From Candidatus Heimdallarchaeota archaeon (GTDB taxonomy: Archaea; Asgardarchaeota; Heimdallarchaeia; Hodarchaeales; Hodarchaeaceae), in the NCBI GenBank assembly GCA_011364965.1, contig RDOB01000001.1:188017-252016 (forward strand): a DNA stretch of 64,000 nt. Reading direction: 5' to 3'. The first letter of the stretch is position 1; every line of letters begins with the position of its first letter. Shown here piece after piece: positions 25,006-34,915 of this stretch. The translations under genes were made by a program, and so were the position numbers. The notes beneath the pieces are model-generated. The model did not search any database and had not been told where the DNA came from. It worked only from the letters and a program-made list of their open reading frames with translations.

Positions 25006-26271
25006 TTGAACAATGAAAATATAGTATTAGAACTTGAAGAATTATTAAAAAGGCAATATATTCTATCATCAGAGAGAGCAGTTGAATTTATTAACTTTTG
25101 TGACCTTTTGGGAGAGAAAATTCATTCTATCGATGAAGAAAAAAAAGATTTTTATCTTTATATTATTCAACATCTTCGGTTATTCTTTAATTCGGAATTT
25201 ATGTACCATAGCAATTTAGTTGAAAAAGCACTTAAATCTTACCAGAAAATGAAGGAAAATTTGTCCATTACACAAACGGAATTCCCTGATCTTTATGCAA
25301 CTTGGCAATATGATATTGATCGATTAATATACAGGACTGAGGCGCGAATCCAAGAGCTTAAAGCACAATTCGCAGTAATTCAAGAGGATTATATCCAAGC
25401 TGATGTTTTATTTGTTGAAACTCTAAATAGATATAATGTTGAATTAGAATTTGAACAAAAAAATGAAGACTACGAACACTACTTTGACTCATTGGCACAT
25501 ATTTTCTATAATACTGGATTACTCTATAGAATACGAGGAAAAACAACAAAAAATCAAGCTGATTTATACCAAGCTTTGAAAAATTTGAGGAAAGCGGAAT
25601 TTCTTGGTAAAACAGGATTTTCAGCATTAATTGACGAAATTAAAGAGGAAAAGTTTTCATTTACTCAGATAAAACTAGAAAATCAAGCAGATACTTTTTT
25701 TACGAAAGGATTAACTGAATCAGAAATGGAGAATTATAATATAGCTAAGAACATGTATCAGAAATCTGCTCAAATTTATCGATCCTTAAATCATCTAAAA
25801 CCTGCGTTTGAATATGAACTTCAAGAACAGATCCAAATTTCCTCATATTATGAAGCTACGGCAAAGAATTATATGATTCAAGACATGAATGAAGAAGCGG
25901 CAAAACAATTCTCTAACGCAAGTCAAATTCTACAGCAATTGCTAACGAAACTCAATAATGAAGTTTTATCACTACAATTTGCTCCACAAATTAAATATTT
26001 TGATGCTATGGAATTATTTTGCCAGGCAGTTACAGAATATGACAAATTAGATACAAAAGCTGCAGAACATTTCGATTTGGCCCAAAAAATGTTAAATAGG
26101 GCTAAACTGGAATCAGATGAGCAGAATAATCAACCTCTTGCAAAAAGCTGTACTGATGCATTGGCTAGATTGAACTCTTATCAAGAGATTGTTGAGCTTA
26201 TGCTTTCACCGTCTCAAATTGATAGAGAAGAGACTTTAGATGAATTTAAGGAAAATCTAGAAGAAGAATAA
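25006..26271 (+). CDS. Alpha-solenoid (TPR-like) protein
   Basis: All-helical; repeats YNIAKNMYQKSAQIY and NEEAAKQFSNASQIL. Confidence 0.65.
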   Translation: MNNENIVLELEELLKRQYILSSERAVEFINFCDLLGEKIHSIDEEKKDFYLYIIQHLRLFFNSEFMYHSNLVEKALKSYQKMKENLSITQTEFPDLYATWQYDIDRLIYRTEARIQELKAQFAVIQEDYIQADVLFVETLNRYNVELEFEQKNEDYEHYFDSLAHIFYNTGLLYRIRGKTTKNQADLYQALKNLRKAEFLGKTGFSALIDEIKEEKFSFTQIKLENQADTFFTKGLTESEMENYNIAKNMYQKSAQIYRSLNHLKPAFEYELQEQIQISSYYEATAKNYMIQDMNEEAAKQFSNASQILQQLLTKLNNEVLSLQFAPQIKYFDAMELFCQAVTEYDKLDTKAAEHFDLAQKMLNRAKLESDEQNNQPLAKSCTDALARLNSYQEIVELMLSPSQIDREETLDEFKENLEEE

Positions 26272-26282
26272 GCTTTATTTCC

Positions 26283-26606
26283 TTATTCGCTAGATAGTTG
26301 TAATTGTTCTAGGATTACATAAGCCTCAAGCAATGATATGCCCAGGTCTTGAGCTAATTCCTCTGGAGCGATATTTGGATTCGAAGGAAGTATTTTTTGA
26401 CGGGTCCAAGCAAGATTTGAAGCAAAACCAGGTATCCGCGTCATAAGAGGATCAAGTAACTCAATTATTTGTTCTTTTGATAATTGATTCAGTATTGGAG
26501 CAGATCCACTTCGATTGATAATTTTAGGGAGCTTTTTCACGTCTCTTGAACTTTTTCCTTCACTATTTGCTTTTTTTTGTGATAAGAAATGATTCAAGTC
26601 TGACAT
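26283..26606 (-). CDS. Hypothetical protein, possible C-terminal HTH
   Basis: PEELAQDLGISLLEAYVIL. Confidence 0.6.
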   Translation of the reverse strand: MSDLNHFLSQKKANSEGKSSRDVKKLPKIINRSGSAPILNQLSKEQIIELLDPLMTRIPGFASNLAWTRQKILPSNPNIAPEELAQDLGISLLEAYVILEQLQLSSE

Positions 26607-27084
26607 CTTTTCTCTTAACCTGGTATAAGCTGGGATCTGAATTATAAAACTTTATGTATATGATAATTTTTGTCCAATAAAGGCAATTTAATATTTAAGT
26701 CCTCGGTTTGGACGCTGATAACTCCTTGAGTTCTCTCGGGCTAAGGGAAGCATGATTTATACTTTTTCGAGATACTTATTGAGGGGATACAAATAATATG
26801 AACTCATTATAAAAACCGTGAATGAATTCCATGGTTAGATCCATTCAATAGATCTGTAGTTAGTGGACATAGATTTGTAGAGGCAAATGAAACTCCATAA
26901 GATTAGCAAAACATTTTCTTTTGTAAAAAAAGGAAGAAATTGTCCTTTCAAGCACAAAAGAGGTTACCATGTGAACATCTAGCCTTAAAAAATTTAACTT
27001 ACCATTTTAATAGTAATATTTTTATATATAGAGGCAGATCCCCTTTTTCCGACCAAAAAAACTATTAGAGGTTTATACAACAAA

Positions 27085-27396
27085 ATGGGTGAAACTTGCC
27101 GTACTTGCGGATTGCCACTAGAATTATGCGCATGCGAAGATATTTCTCGAGAAGAAACCACTTCAATCCGAGTTTTTATCGAAAAACGTAAATGGGGTCG
27201 GGAAGTAACAATTATCGATGGATTAAGCAAGGATATTGATCTAAAAAGTCTTGCTAAACATCTTAAAAAGAGTTTAGCTACTGGCGGGACTTTAAAAGAA
27301 GGAAGAATTGAGCTTCAGGGAAATTTTATGCGCCTAGTTGCTCCTATCTTAATAAATGAGGGTTTTCCAGAATCCTCTATTGAGCTTCGTGAATAA
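27085..27396 (+). CDS. sui1: Translation initiation factor aIF-1 (SUI1)
   Basis: CRTCGLPLELCAC, KWGREVTIIDG, ATGGTLKEGRIELQG. Confidence 0.95.
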   Translation: MGETCRTCGLPLELCACEDISREETTSIRVFIEKRKWGREVTIIDGLSKDIDLKSLAKHLKKSLATGGTLKEGRIELQGNFMRLVAPILINEGFPESSIELRE

Positions 27397-27547
27397 ACCG
27401 CAACTTCAATCTGTTTACATATCGCATTTATCAGATAGATAAATGCTACCATCTTTTTTTTTGGTAAATGGGGATGTAACAATGAATGTAAACTTTTAAG
27501 ATTCCAGAGTCTATTAAGAATGCGTTTCTACTTCGTAAAGCTAAAAA

Positions 27548-27694
27548 CTAGTCCGTTTGCAACCTTTTGATAATTGGAGGTCGCTTTTTCAAAAGAATTC
27601 GATGACCACAGATAATGCATCTGATACCCGGTAGGGTTTCTAACTCTGCTGGATCAATTTCTTGATGGCACTTTTGACATAAATAGGTAGTCAT
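27548..27694 (-). CDS. rpoP: DNA-directed RNA polymerase subunit P (Rpo12); not in ORF track
   Basis: Hand translation MTTYLCQKCHQEIDPAELETLPGIRCIICGHRILLKKRPPIIKRLQTD (48 aa): Zn ribbon plus IRC..CG.RIL.K.RP signature. Confidence 0.93.
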   Translation of the reverse strand: MTTYLCQKCHQEIDPAELETLPGIRCIICGHRILLKKRPPIIKRLQTD

Positions 27695-27737
27695 TTTCTC
27701 ATCCTACGTTCTAAAATTTGTGAGGAGGATAACTCAC

Positions 27738-28142
27738 TCAGATCGGTCGCTTGAGGTTTTGTTTGATATAATTTACGATCTCATCTGTATCTGTCCCTGG
27801 ACCAAAAATCCCTTCTATTCCGATCGCACTCAAACTTTCATAATCCTGATCTGGGATAATTCCACCTGCAATAATCAATGTATCCTCAAACATATCTTTT
27901 TCTTTTAACAGCTCAACAATTCGCGGAAACAAGGCCATATGAGACCCACTTAAGCTTGATAAGCCAATCACATCAGCATCCTCCTGTAAAGCCGCTTCAA
28001 CAATCTGCTCGGGGCTTTTATGGAGCCCTGTGTAAATCACTTCCATACCCGCATCTCGCAGTGCTCTCGCAACAACCTTTACACCACGATCATGACCATC
28101 AAGGCCTGGTTTTGCTAATAATACTCTAATTTTTGGTCCCAT
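27738..28142 (-). CDS. Cobalamin-binding small subunit of an acyl-CoA mutase
   Basis: [10 protein letters not shown] (DxHxxG), SSLSGSH, GGIIP. Confidence 0.95.
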   Translation of the reverse strand: MGPKIRVLLAKPGLDGHDRGVKVVARALRDAGMEVIYTGLHKSPEQIVEAALQEDADVIGLSSLSGSHMALFPRIVELLKEKDMFEDTLIIAGGIIPDQDYESLSAIGIEGIFGPGTDTDEIVNYIKQNLKRPI

Positions 28143-28157
28143 TTCATCACATTCCTA

Positions 28158-29837
28158 TTAAAATAATTGATCACCTTTCCATTCCCCAAAAACTTCTCGT
28201 AATACATCGCAAATCTCGCCAATTGAGGCATACAACTTCACTGCTTCTATAATTGGAGGCATCAAATTATCTGTTCCCTCTGCAGCTTTTTTAATTTTAT
28301 CCAAAGCAGATTTTACTGCAACATTATCTCTTTCTTCTTTTACCTGATTCAAACGTCTGATCTGACGATCTGCAACTTCATCACTAATATAAAGAATTGG
28401 GATTTCTATCTTCTCATCCTTTTGAAAATCATTGACACCTACTATTATACGCTCTTTTTCTTCAATTTCTTTTTGGTACCGATAAGCTGCATTAGAAATT
28501 TCAGTTTGAAAGAATCCTTTTTCAATTGCAGGTATCACTCCACCAAGCTGCTCGATTTTGTGGAAATATTCCTCCGCTTCTTTTTCCATTTCGGAGGTTA
28601 ACCTTTCAATAAAGTAACTCCCACCCAAAGGGTCGATTGTATTTGTAACTCCACTTTCGTGAGCAAGTAATTGCTGAGTTCGGAGAGCAATTTCCACTGC
28701 CTCCTCGCTTGGCAACGCTAGTGCTTCATCTAACGAATTTGTATGAAGTGATTGAGTACCTCCCAATACAGCAGCTAGAGCTTGAATAGTTGTCCTAACA
28801 ACATTTAAGTATGGTTGCTGTGCAGTTAAAGAGCAACCAGCTGTTTGTGTATGAAACCTTAGCCATAAAGATTGTTGATTTTTGGGATTGTATTGCTTAA
28901 TAAACTTTGCCCAGATTCGTCGAGCTGCACGATATTTGCAGATTTCCTCGAAAAAATCGTTATGTGAATTAAAGAAAAAGGAGAGACGAGGAGCAAATTC
29001 ATCAATGTCCATTCCTGCCTCAACTGCCCATCTGACATATTCCATTCCATCAGCTAGTGTAAAAGCAAGCTCTTGTGCAGCAGTGGACCCAGCTTCGCGA
29101 ATGTGATATCCAGAAATTGAAATTGTATTCCATCTCGGGACATGTGTTGAACAATATTTCATAATATCCACAATAATGCGCATAGAAGGAGTAGGAGGGA
29201 AAATATACGATTTTTGAGCAATATATTCCTTTAAAATATCATTTTGAATAGTTCCTCCAATTTTGTCGGAACTTACTCCTTGTTTTTCAGCTACAGTAAT
29301 ATACATTGCTAGAAGAATAGCAGCAGGAGCGTTGATTGTCATTGAAGTTGTGACTTTATCTAATGGGATACCATCAAATAATATTTCCATGTCTTTAAGT
29401 GTATCAATTGCTACTCCCAGTTTCCCCACTTCACCTAAAGACATAAGATGGGTTGATTCACGCCCATATATTGTAGGAAGGTGAAACGCAACACTTAAAC
29501 CAGTCATCCCGTTTTCTAGTAGAAATTTAAATCTTTGATTGGTCTCCTCCGCACTTCCAAATCCAGCAAATTGCCGCATCGTCCATAACCGCCCACGATA
29601 CATCGATTGCTGAACTCCCCGAGTGAAGGGATATCGACCTGGATAACCGAGATCCTCTTGATACGACCAGTCTTCTGGAATATCGGTTGGGTCATATAGA
29701 TTTTGAATCTCCTTGCTTGATGTAGTCATGAATTTCTTTAATCGCTCAGGATGCCTATTTACTCTTTGGTTATAAGATGATTCCCATTTTTCTCTTAATT
29801 CTTCGATATTTACCAATTTTATTGACTCTTTAGTCAT
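28158..29837 (-). CDS. Acyl-CoA mutase large subunit (methylmalonyl-/isobutyryl-CoA mutase family)
   Basis: [47 protein letters not shown]. Confidence 0.95.
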   Translation of the reverse strand: MTKESIKLVNIEELREKWESSYNQRVNRHPERLKKFMTTSSKEIQNLYDPTDIPEDWSYQEDLGYPGRYPFTRGVQQSMYRGRLWTMRQFAGFGSAEETNQRFKFLLENGMTGLSVAFHLPTIYGRESTHLMSLGEVGKLGVAIDTLKDMEILFDGIPLDKVTTSMTINAPAAILLAMYITVAEKQGVSSDKIGGTIQNDILKEYIAQKSYIFPPTPSMRIIVDIMKYCSTHVPRWNTISISGYHIREAGSTAAQELAFTLADGMEYVRWAVEAGMDIDEFAPRLSFFFNSHNDFFEEICKYRAARRIWAKFIKQYNPKNQQSLWLRFHTQTAGCSLTAQQPYLNVVRTTIQALAAVLGGTQSLHTNSLDEALALPSEEAVEIALRTQQLLAHESGVTNTIDPLGGSYFIERLTSEMEKEAEEYFHKIEQLGGVIPAIEKGFFQTEISNAAYRYQKEIEEKERIIVGVNDFQKDEKIEIPILYISDEVADRQIRRLNQVKEERDNVAVKSALDKIKKAAEGTDNLMPPIIEAVKLYASIGEICDVLREVFGEWKGDQLF

Positions 29838-29869
29838 AAATCTTTACTCTCCAATCGAATTCCAAACCA

Positions 29870-30424
29870 TTAAAACTCAATACCTTTCCGTGCAAGAATA
29901 CCTGATTGAAATGGATGCTTAGGAGTTGAAATTTCAGTGTAGTAATCAGCAAGTTCGATTAGTGCTGGTGAAGCATAACGGCCAGTCAATAATACTTCAA
30001 GTTTCTTAGGTTTTTGTTGGAGGAAGGAAAGGACTTCCTCTTCAGAAATCAATCCAAAATTAAGAGCAACGTTGATCTCATCTAAAACAAGGATATCCCA
30101 ATCTTCTTCTGACATTACCTTTCTAGCATAAGCCAAGGCAGCTCTAGCTTCTTGAAAATCAATATCTTTAGGATTATTTTTATCAACAAATTCAGGAGTG
30201 CCAAATTGAATGATAGAAATTAAAGGGATTTGGTTAATACTGACCAGTTCACCATAATCCCAACCTTTCTTCATAAATTGAATGATCAAAGTTCTGAAAC
30301 CATGCCCTGATGCTCTCAGAGCTAATCCAAGTGCTGAAGTGGTTTTTCCTTTGCCATTGCCCGATATAACATGTATTAAACCGTGATTAGATTTTCCATC
30401 TTTATGATTGAGTGTCTTGGTCAT
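29870..30424 (-). CDS. cobO: Cob(I)alamin adenosyltransferase (CobO/BtuR type)
   Basis: GNGKGKTTSALG, QFMK, LDEIN, TGR, KHPF..GI.ARKGIEF; start set at the ATG. Confidence 0.93.
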   Translation of the reverse strand: MTKTLNHKDGKSNHGLIHVISGNGKGKTTSALGLALRASGHGFRTLIIQFMKKGWDYGELVSINQIPLISIIQFGTPEFVDKNNPKDIDFQEARAALAYARKVMSEEDWDILVLDEINVALNFGLISEEEVLSFLQQKPKKLEVLLTGRYASPALIELADYYTEISTPKHPFQSGILARKGIEF

Positions 30425-30555
30425 TTTAATCCCAATCCAAACCAATTAAATCGAAAATTAAAATTAAGTAAAGAAGTTTATGAGGAAGACCCCCTGTGCT
30501 AGTTAGTAAACAAAAACCATATAAAAATAGCATTTGTCTTTTAAATTGAAGCTCA

Positions 30556-30656
30556 GGCCGGTGTAGGATAAATTCAGACCCAATAAGAGCTGAAATCAAA
30601 CGGTAGTCTCGGCGGTTGTGGCCCGCCATGTCGGGGTTCGATTCCCCGCTCCGGCC
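30556..30656 (+). tRNA. tRNA-His(GTG) with encoded G-1 and an intron of about 28 nt in the D-loop (approx. 30572-30599)
   Basis: Anticodon arm GGCGG-TTGTGGC-CCGCC; T-arm CGGGG-TTCGATT-CCCCG; G-1:C73; insert forms a TTCAG/CTGAA hairpin. Confidence 0.9.
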
Positions 30657-30801
30657 CTCCATAAAAACCCCGCTTTTTGTATCAGTAACTCCCTTTTTTT
30701 CTAATTTAACAAAATGTCAAGATGTAATTTCCAAGAACTTTAGTTGTAAGGAAAAATGATTAGCCAGAAAGCTTATTCGATGATCCTCGAACTTCATATT
30801 T

Positions 30802-31809
30802 ATGAGTGAATTGGGTTCCAAACTAGGTTTTATCCTAAGTTATGACTATTTACCACCTTCTCTATGTCATGATTTACTTGCACTTCTAGATAACAGTTCA
30901 TTTACTCATGTATTCGTCCCAGAGTTATGGGGATATGACGCATTTACCCAACTAGCAACCATGGCTACTCATTCAAAAAACTTAAACTTTGCTACTGGAA
31001 TCGTTAACTTATTCTCTCGAACTCCTGCAACCTTAGCGCAAACTGCAGCTAGCTTAAGTCATCTTACCGAAGGAAGGTTTATTCTTGGTTTAGGATTAAG
31101 TGGTCCAATTGTGATACGAGATTGGCATGGTATGGATTACTACAAATTCTCTCCATTGCAACGAACACGCGAATACCTTGAAGTATTACGCTTAATATTT
31201 AGTGGAGAAAGGGTAAATTATTCAGGAAAAGTCTTTTCTCTAAGGAATTTTAAATTATTCAACGTTGAATCTCCTATTAATATTCCATTATTCTTAGCAG
31301 CATTAGGACCTAAGAATATTAAATTAGCAGGAGAATTAGCTGATGGTTGGATGCCTGTTTGGGCTCCTTTCTCTGAATTGCCCACTCTAAAATCTAAATT
31401 AGAAGAAGGGATGAGACTCCGAGATTCTAGACTTCCTTTATCTCTTGATATTGCCCCATATCTGATAACATGCGCATCTACTTCAGAAAAGGCGAAAAAA
31501 CTAGTTTCAAAGCATATAGCTTATTATGTTGGAGGAATGGGAACGTTTTACTATGAATTTGTTAAACGATTAGGGTATGCACACGAAGCTAATAAAATAA
31601 AAATCGCTTGGAATAACAACCAAAGAGAATTAGCTGCTCAATGTGTTTCGGAGCCCATGTTGAATGATATCGCTGTATTAGGTACACAAGAATATATTAA
31701 AGAACGATATCAGGAGATCTACAAAGCAGGAGTCAGTTTACCTATTGTAATGCTTCCATATAGGTGTCCATCTGAACTCGCAATGGAGACGATTGGAGCT
31801 TTTTGCTAA
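30802..31809 (+). CDS. LLM-class (luciferase-like) flavin/F420-dependent oxidoreductase
   Basis: PELWGYDAF, SRTPATLAQTA, GRFILGLG.SGP, AALGPKNIKLAGELADGW. Confidence 0.92.
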   Translation: MSELGSKLGFILSYDYLPPSLCHDLLALLDNSSFTHVFVPELWGYDAFTQLATMATHSKNLNFATGIVNLFSRTPATLAQTAASLSHLTEGRFILGLGLSGPIVIRDWHGMDYYKFSPLQRTREYLEVLRLIFSGERVNYSGKVFSLRNFKLFNVESPINIPLFLAALGPKNIKLAGELADGWMPVWAPFSELPTLKSKLEEGMRLRDSRLPLSLDIAPYLITCASTSEKAKKLVSKHIAYYVGGMGTFYYEFVKRLGYAHEANKIKIAWNNNQRELAAQCVSEPMLNDIAVLGTQEYIKERYQEIYKAGVSLPIVMLPYRCPSELAMETIGAFC

Positions 31810-31823
31810 ACGATTATAATTCT

Positions 31824-32957
31824 TTATTTGTCCATCAATGCTATTACAACAGGAGGATCATCAGGAGTAATACTAATGAGATTACGACTAACAAGATCTT
31901 CTAGCATTTGCCTTAATTTTCGTGGATGAGCACCAACTGACATTGCAAGTGTAGGAAGATCTAATGACCCTCCAAGGTTCAGTAATATTAGAATTGATGC
32001 ATATAGAGGGTGAGACGATAGCAACCTTTGTGTATAATCTAAGAGAAGATTTCGCTCAAAAGTTTCTTGAGAAACTTTCTGCAATTTTTCTTTAAGCTCT
32101 AAGTTCTCATCCTCAGACATAATTAAGGATTCTTCTAGTCTATTTACCGTTGTTTTATGTTGTTTTTCGGTTTTTACACTTCGATCCATTTCATTTTGGA
32201 GTCGAACTCTCATTTCCTCTAATTCAAGATCGTATTCTTGTCTTATCTGTTTCATCCTTGATTGGACACTCTCTTCAACCATTCGTGCGTAATAATCTTC
32301 TTGAAGTTTATATGTCTCTGCAACAGAATTTAAAGCATCTTGAACATCTTTTTCTTGGAGCTTATGATCTCTTTTTAAGCTCTCAATTACCGCATCCTTC
32401 CCAGCAAGCTCTGTTGAAAGCTCTTCAACTTGTTTTTGCAAAAGCTCGAGTTGTTCATGAGTATTTTGAAGCTGCTGATGAGATTTTTTTAATTCCATTT
32501 CGAGATTAGCTATCTGATCTTCGCTTGTTTCTAGACGTTTTTTATTTTCCTCCCGTGCGTGTTCCAACTCTGAAATTTGGGAATTTTTATCCTTAATCTG
32601 ATTACGAAGCTTTTGAAGCTCTTCCTCAAATTGCTTCATTTGGTTTTCATCAGGTGCAACAACTTCCTGAATAAATCGTGTTTCCCCTGTAATTATTTCA
32701 CGGATCCTACCTAGGGATTTTATCGTAATGCGAGTTAGTTCACTATCTACTATACGAGCAGTCTCTTTTCGAAGGTACTTAATAAAATCGTCAAGGTCAC
32801 GATACGTGAAATGAGGTGTTCCTTGAGAAGTAAGTCGACTTTTACTTCCTGAGATAGCAACTCCTATTTCTTGCTGTGCAACCTCACGATCCTTTGCTAT
32901 CTCATTGATAAACTCCAAACCGTATTCTTTTACTGTCTTTAAGTTCTGCGAAGGCAT
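31824..32957 (-). CDS. Long coiled-coil protein with C-terminal winged-helix domain
   Basis: About 200 aa of E/K/Q heptads; LPTLAMSVGAHPRKLRQMLEDLVSRNLISI. Confidence 0.75.
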   Translation of the reverse strand: MPSQNLKTVKEYGLEFINEIAKDREVAQQEIGVAISGSKSRLTSQGTPHFTYRDLDDFIKYLRKETARIVDSELTRITIKSLGRIREIITGETRFIQEVVAPDENQMKQFEEELQKLRNQIKDKNSQISELEHAREENKKRLETSEDQIANLEMELKKSHQQLQNTHEQLELLQKQVEELSTELAGKDAVIESLKRDHKLQEKDVQDALNSVAETYKLQEDYYARMVEESVQSRMKQIRQEYDLELEEMRVRLQNEMDRSVKTEKQHKTTVNRLEESLIMSEDENLELKEKLQKVSQETFERNLLLDYTQRLLSSHPLYASILILLNLGGSLDLPTLAMSVGAHPRKLRQMLEDLVSRNLISITPDDPPVVIALMDK

Positions 32958-33319
32958 TAATTTCCCTCAGTTAACGAATTAAAGGATTGTTATCCAACAT
33001 TCCAATTCCAGAACCCACTACTGATACGAACAGGTCCTACGTGTTGGAAATAAAGACGAAACCTTCTCTCAGGCATCATTCGAATATATATGAAAATCCT
33101 TAATGGAATGAACAGACTAGAGAAGAAATCGGTCTTTATATACAATTAACCTCCACATTTTCCCTCACCTTTAAAGTATTTTATGATAAAGAGAACAGAT
33201 TCTAGAACCGTAATGAGATCCGAATATAATTATCAAAAGAACTTCATTAAGATCTTGACAGTAATCTATCTGAAATCACGTTTCCTCTGTTCTTGTGGGA
33301 AAAAATTAGGTGAACGCTC

Positions 33320-34054
33320 ATGAGTGATAATAAAAATCTCTCTCCGATTTTAAAAACATTTAATGAAAAGTGGAGACTTAATTTATCCATCTCATTATTA
33401 GAACAATCACTAACTCATCGCTCATTAAAATCCTTAAGACCAGATACCAAGGATAACCAACGATTGGAAACCCTAGGGGACGCTGTTATTGATTTAATAG
33501 TTCTTGAATGGTTATATCACGAAAAAGCGGAGAACGAAGGAATTCTAACAAAAAGTCGTGCTGAGGTTGTGAAAAATGAGACCTTAGCTGAAGTAGGAAA
33601 AAGACTCAATATTGAAAGGATATTATTTTGTGCTCCAAACTACCAGGTTCAAAAAAAGGACCTCGCTGACGCTATTGAAGCGATTTTTGGAGCGATATTT
33701 CTTTCTCAAGGACTAAGAGCTTGCCAAAAGCTGTTGATCTCGCTTTTGGGAGAGAAAATGGCTGAAGCTCTTCATTTTGAGAAAAAAAGTATGAAAAAAT
33801 GGGGAACTAATGAATATAATCCAAAAAATCTTCTTCAGGAGCATTTTCAAAAACAGGGGTTACCACTTCCTTCCTACAAGCTTATAAGAAAAGAAGGTAC
33901 GGAACATAACCCAATTTATACATATCAATGTAAAGGGATTGTAAATAATATAGCATTCCATGAACTGGGAGTGGGGAAGACAAAAAAGATAGCTCAAAAA
34001 GAAGCTGCAAAAGCATTATACCAGAAACTCGTGGAGAAAGGATATATAATTTAA
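33320..34054 (+). CDS. rnc: Ribonuclease III with dsRBD
   Basis: LTHRS, NQRLETLGDAVI, LADAIEAIFGAI; dsRBD NPKNLLQE...GKTKKIAQKEAA. Confidence 0.93.
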   Translation: MSDNKNLSPILKTFNEKWRLNLSISLLEQSLTHRSLKSLRPDTKDNQRLETLGDAVIDLIVLEWLYHEKAENEGILTKSRAEVVKNETLAEVGKRLNIERILFCAPNYQVQKKDLADAIEAIFGAIFLSQGLRACQKLLISLLGEKMAEALHFEKKSMKKWGTNEYNPKNLLQEHFQKQGLPLPSYKLIRKEGTEHNPIYTYQCKGIVNNIAFHELGVGKTKKIAQKEAAKALYQKLVEKGYII

Positions 34055-34079
34055 TGCTAAAGGGAAAGAGAATTAGGGA

Positions 34080-34475
34080 TTATTTCAAAGGGACAAATTG
34101 AGACCCACGAGTTGCACCTATACCTGGTGCAGAATGTTTCACCTGTTTACAAGTAGGAGCATATTCACCTAAATAATGGCCCAGCATTTCTGGGATTAAA
34201 TTGACTCGTAAAAATTCTCTACCATTATATACTTGTACCGTAGCTCCGATCAACTCAGGAAGAACGATAAAATCGCGGCAATGAGTTCGAACTGGCCGAT
34301 TAGAATCTTTAGATGCCATAATTCTCTCCATTAATTTAATGTGCTGTGTACTCATTCCTCGAGTTAATGAACGACGTTGTCTCGATGGAAGGAGAGAAAT
34401 AAATTCATCCATAGATTTTTGACGGAGTTCTTCTAAACTAAAACCACGATAAGTAAATCCACGTCGAGATGACAT
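34080..34475 (-). CDS. rps19p: 30S ribosomal protein uS19
   Basis: FTYRG, RTHCRD, EMLGHYLGEY, PGIGATRGSQFVPLK. Confidence 0.97.
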   Translation of the reverse strand: MSSRRGFTYRGFSLEELRQKSMDEFISLLPSRQRRSLTRGMSTQHIKLMERIMASKDSNRPVRTHCRDFIVLPELIGATVQVYNGREFLRVNLIPEMLGHYLGEYAPTCKQVKHSAPGIGATRGSQFVPLK

Positions 34476-34915
34476 TAATCTTCACATTTATACTTCAATT
34501 TTTTTCAAACAGGACATAATAGGACTCATAGAATCGTATTATTCCATGTATAAACGAAAATTCAGAATAGTTAAAAATCTGGAGGATAAAAAGAAACAAG
34601 CAAATCCAACATCAAATTCTATTAACTCACATCTTTCTCAATAATCTACTCAAAAATTTGACATATACTAACCCTAAATAGGAGAAAAATTTGGATCCAA
34701 TTCTATCAGTCATATTAAGAGAGACGAGTTATCTAAATAGTAATAATTCGAATTGTAGGCACTTAAACCAATAATTTCTCGTAATACGTAAGGGGAGATG
34801 ATTTTTATAACGAATAAATGGTAACCTCACATGTTTGAATTAAGCCAGTACTATAAGGAAATGGCATAAGACAATAATTTCATGTAAATGTCTCATTATC
34901 TTTCCATTAAACATA

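Noticed and set aside
26607-27084. Replication origin in the AT-rich gap
   Set aside because: No ORB-like repeats and no cdc6/orc1 gene nearby
30426-30662. 78-aa minus-strand ORF
   Set aside because: Antisense to tRNA-His; spurious
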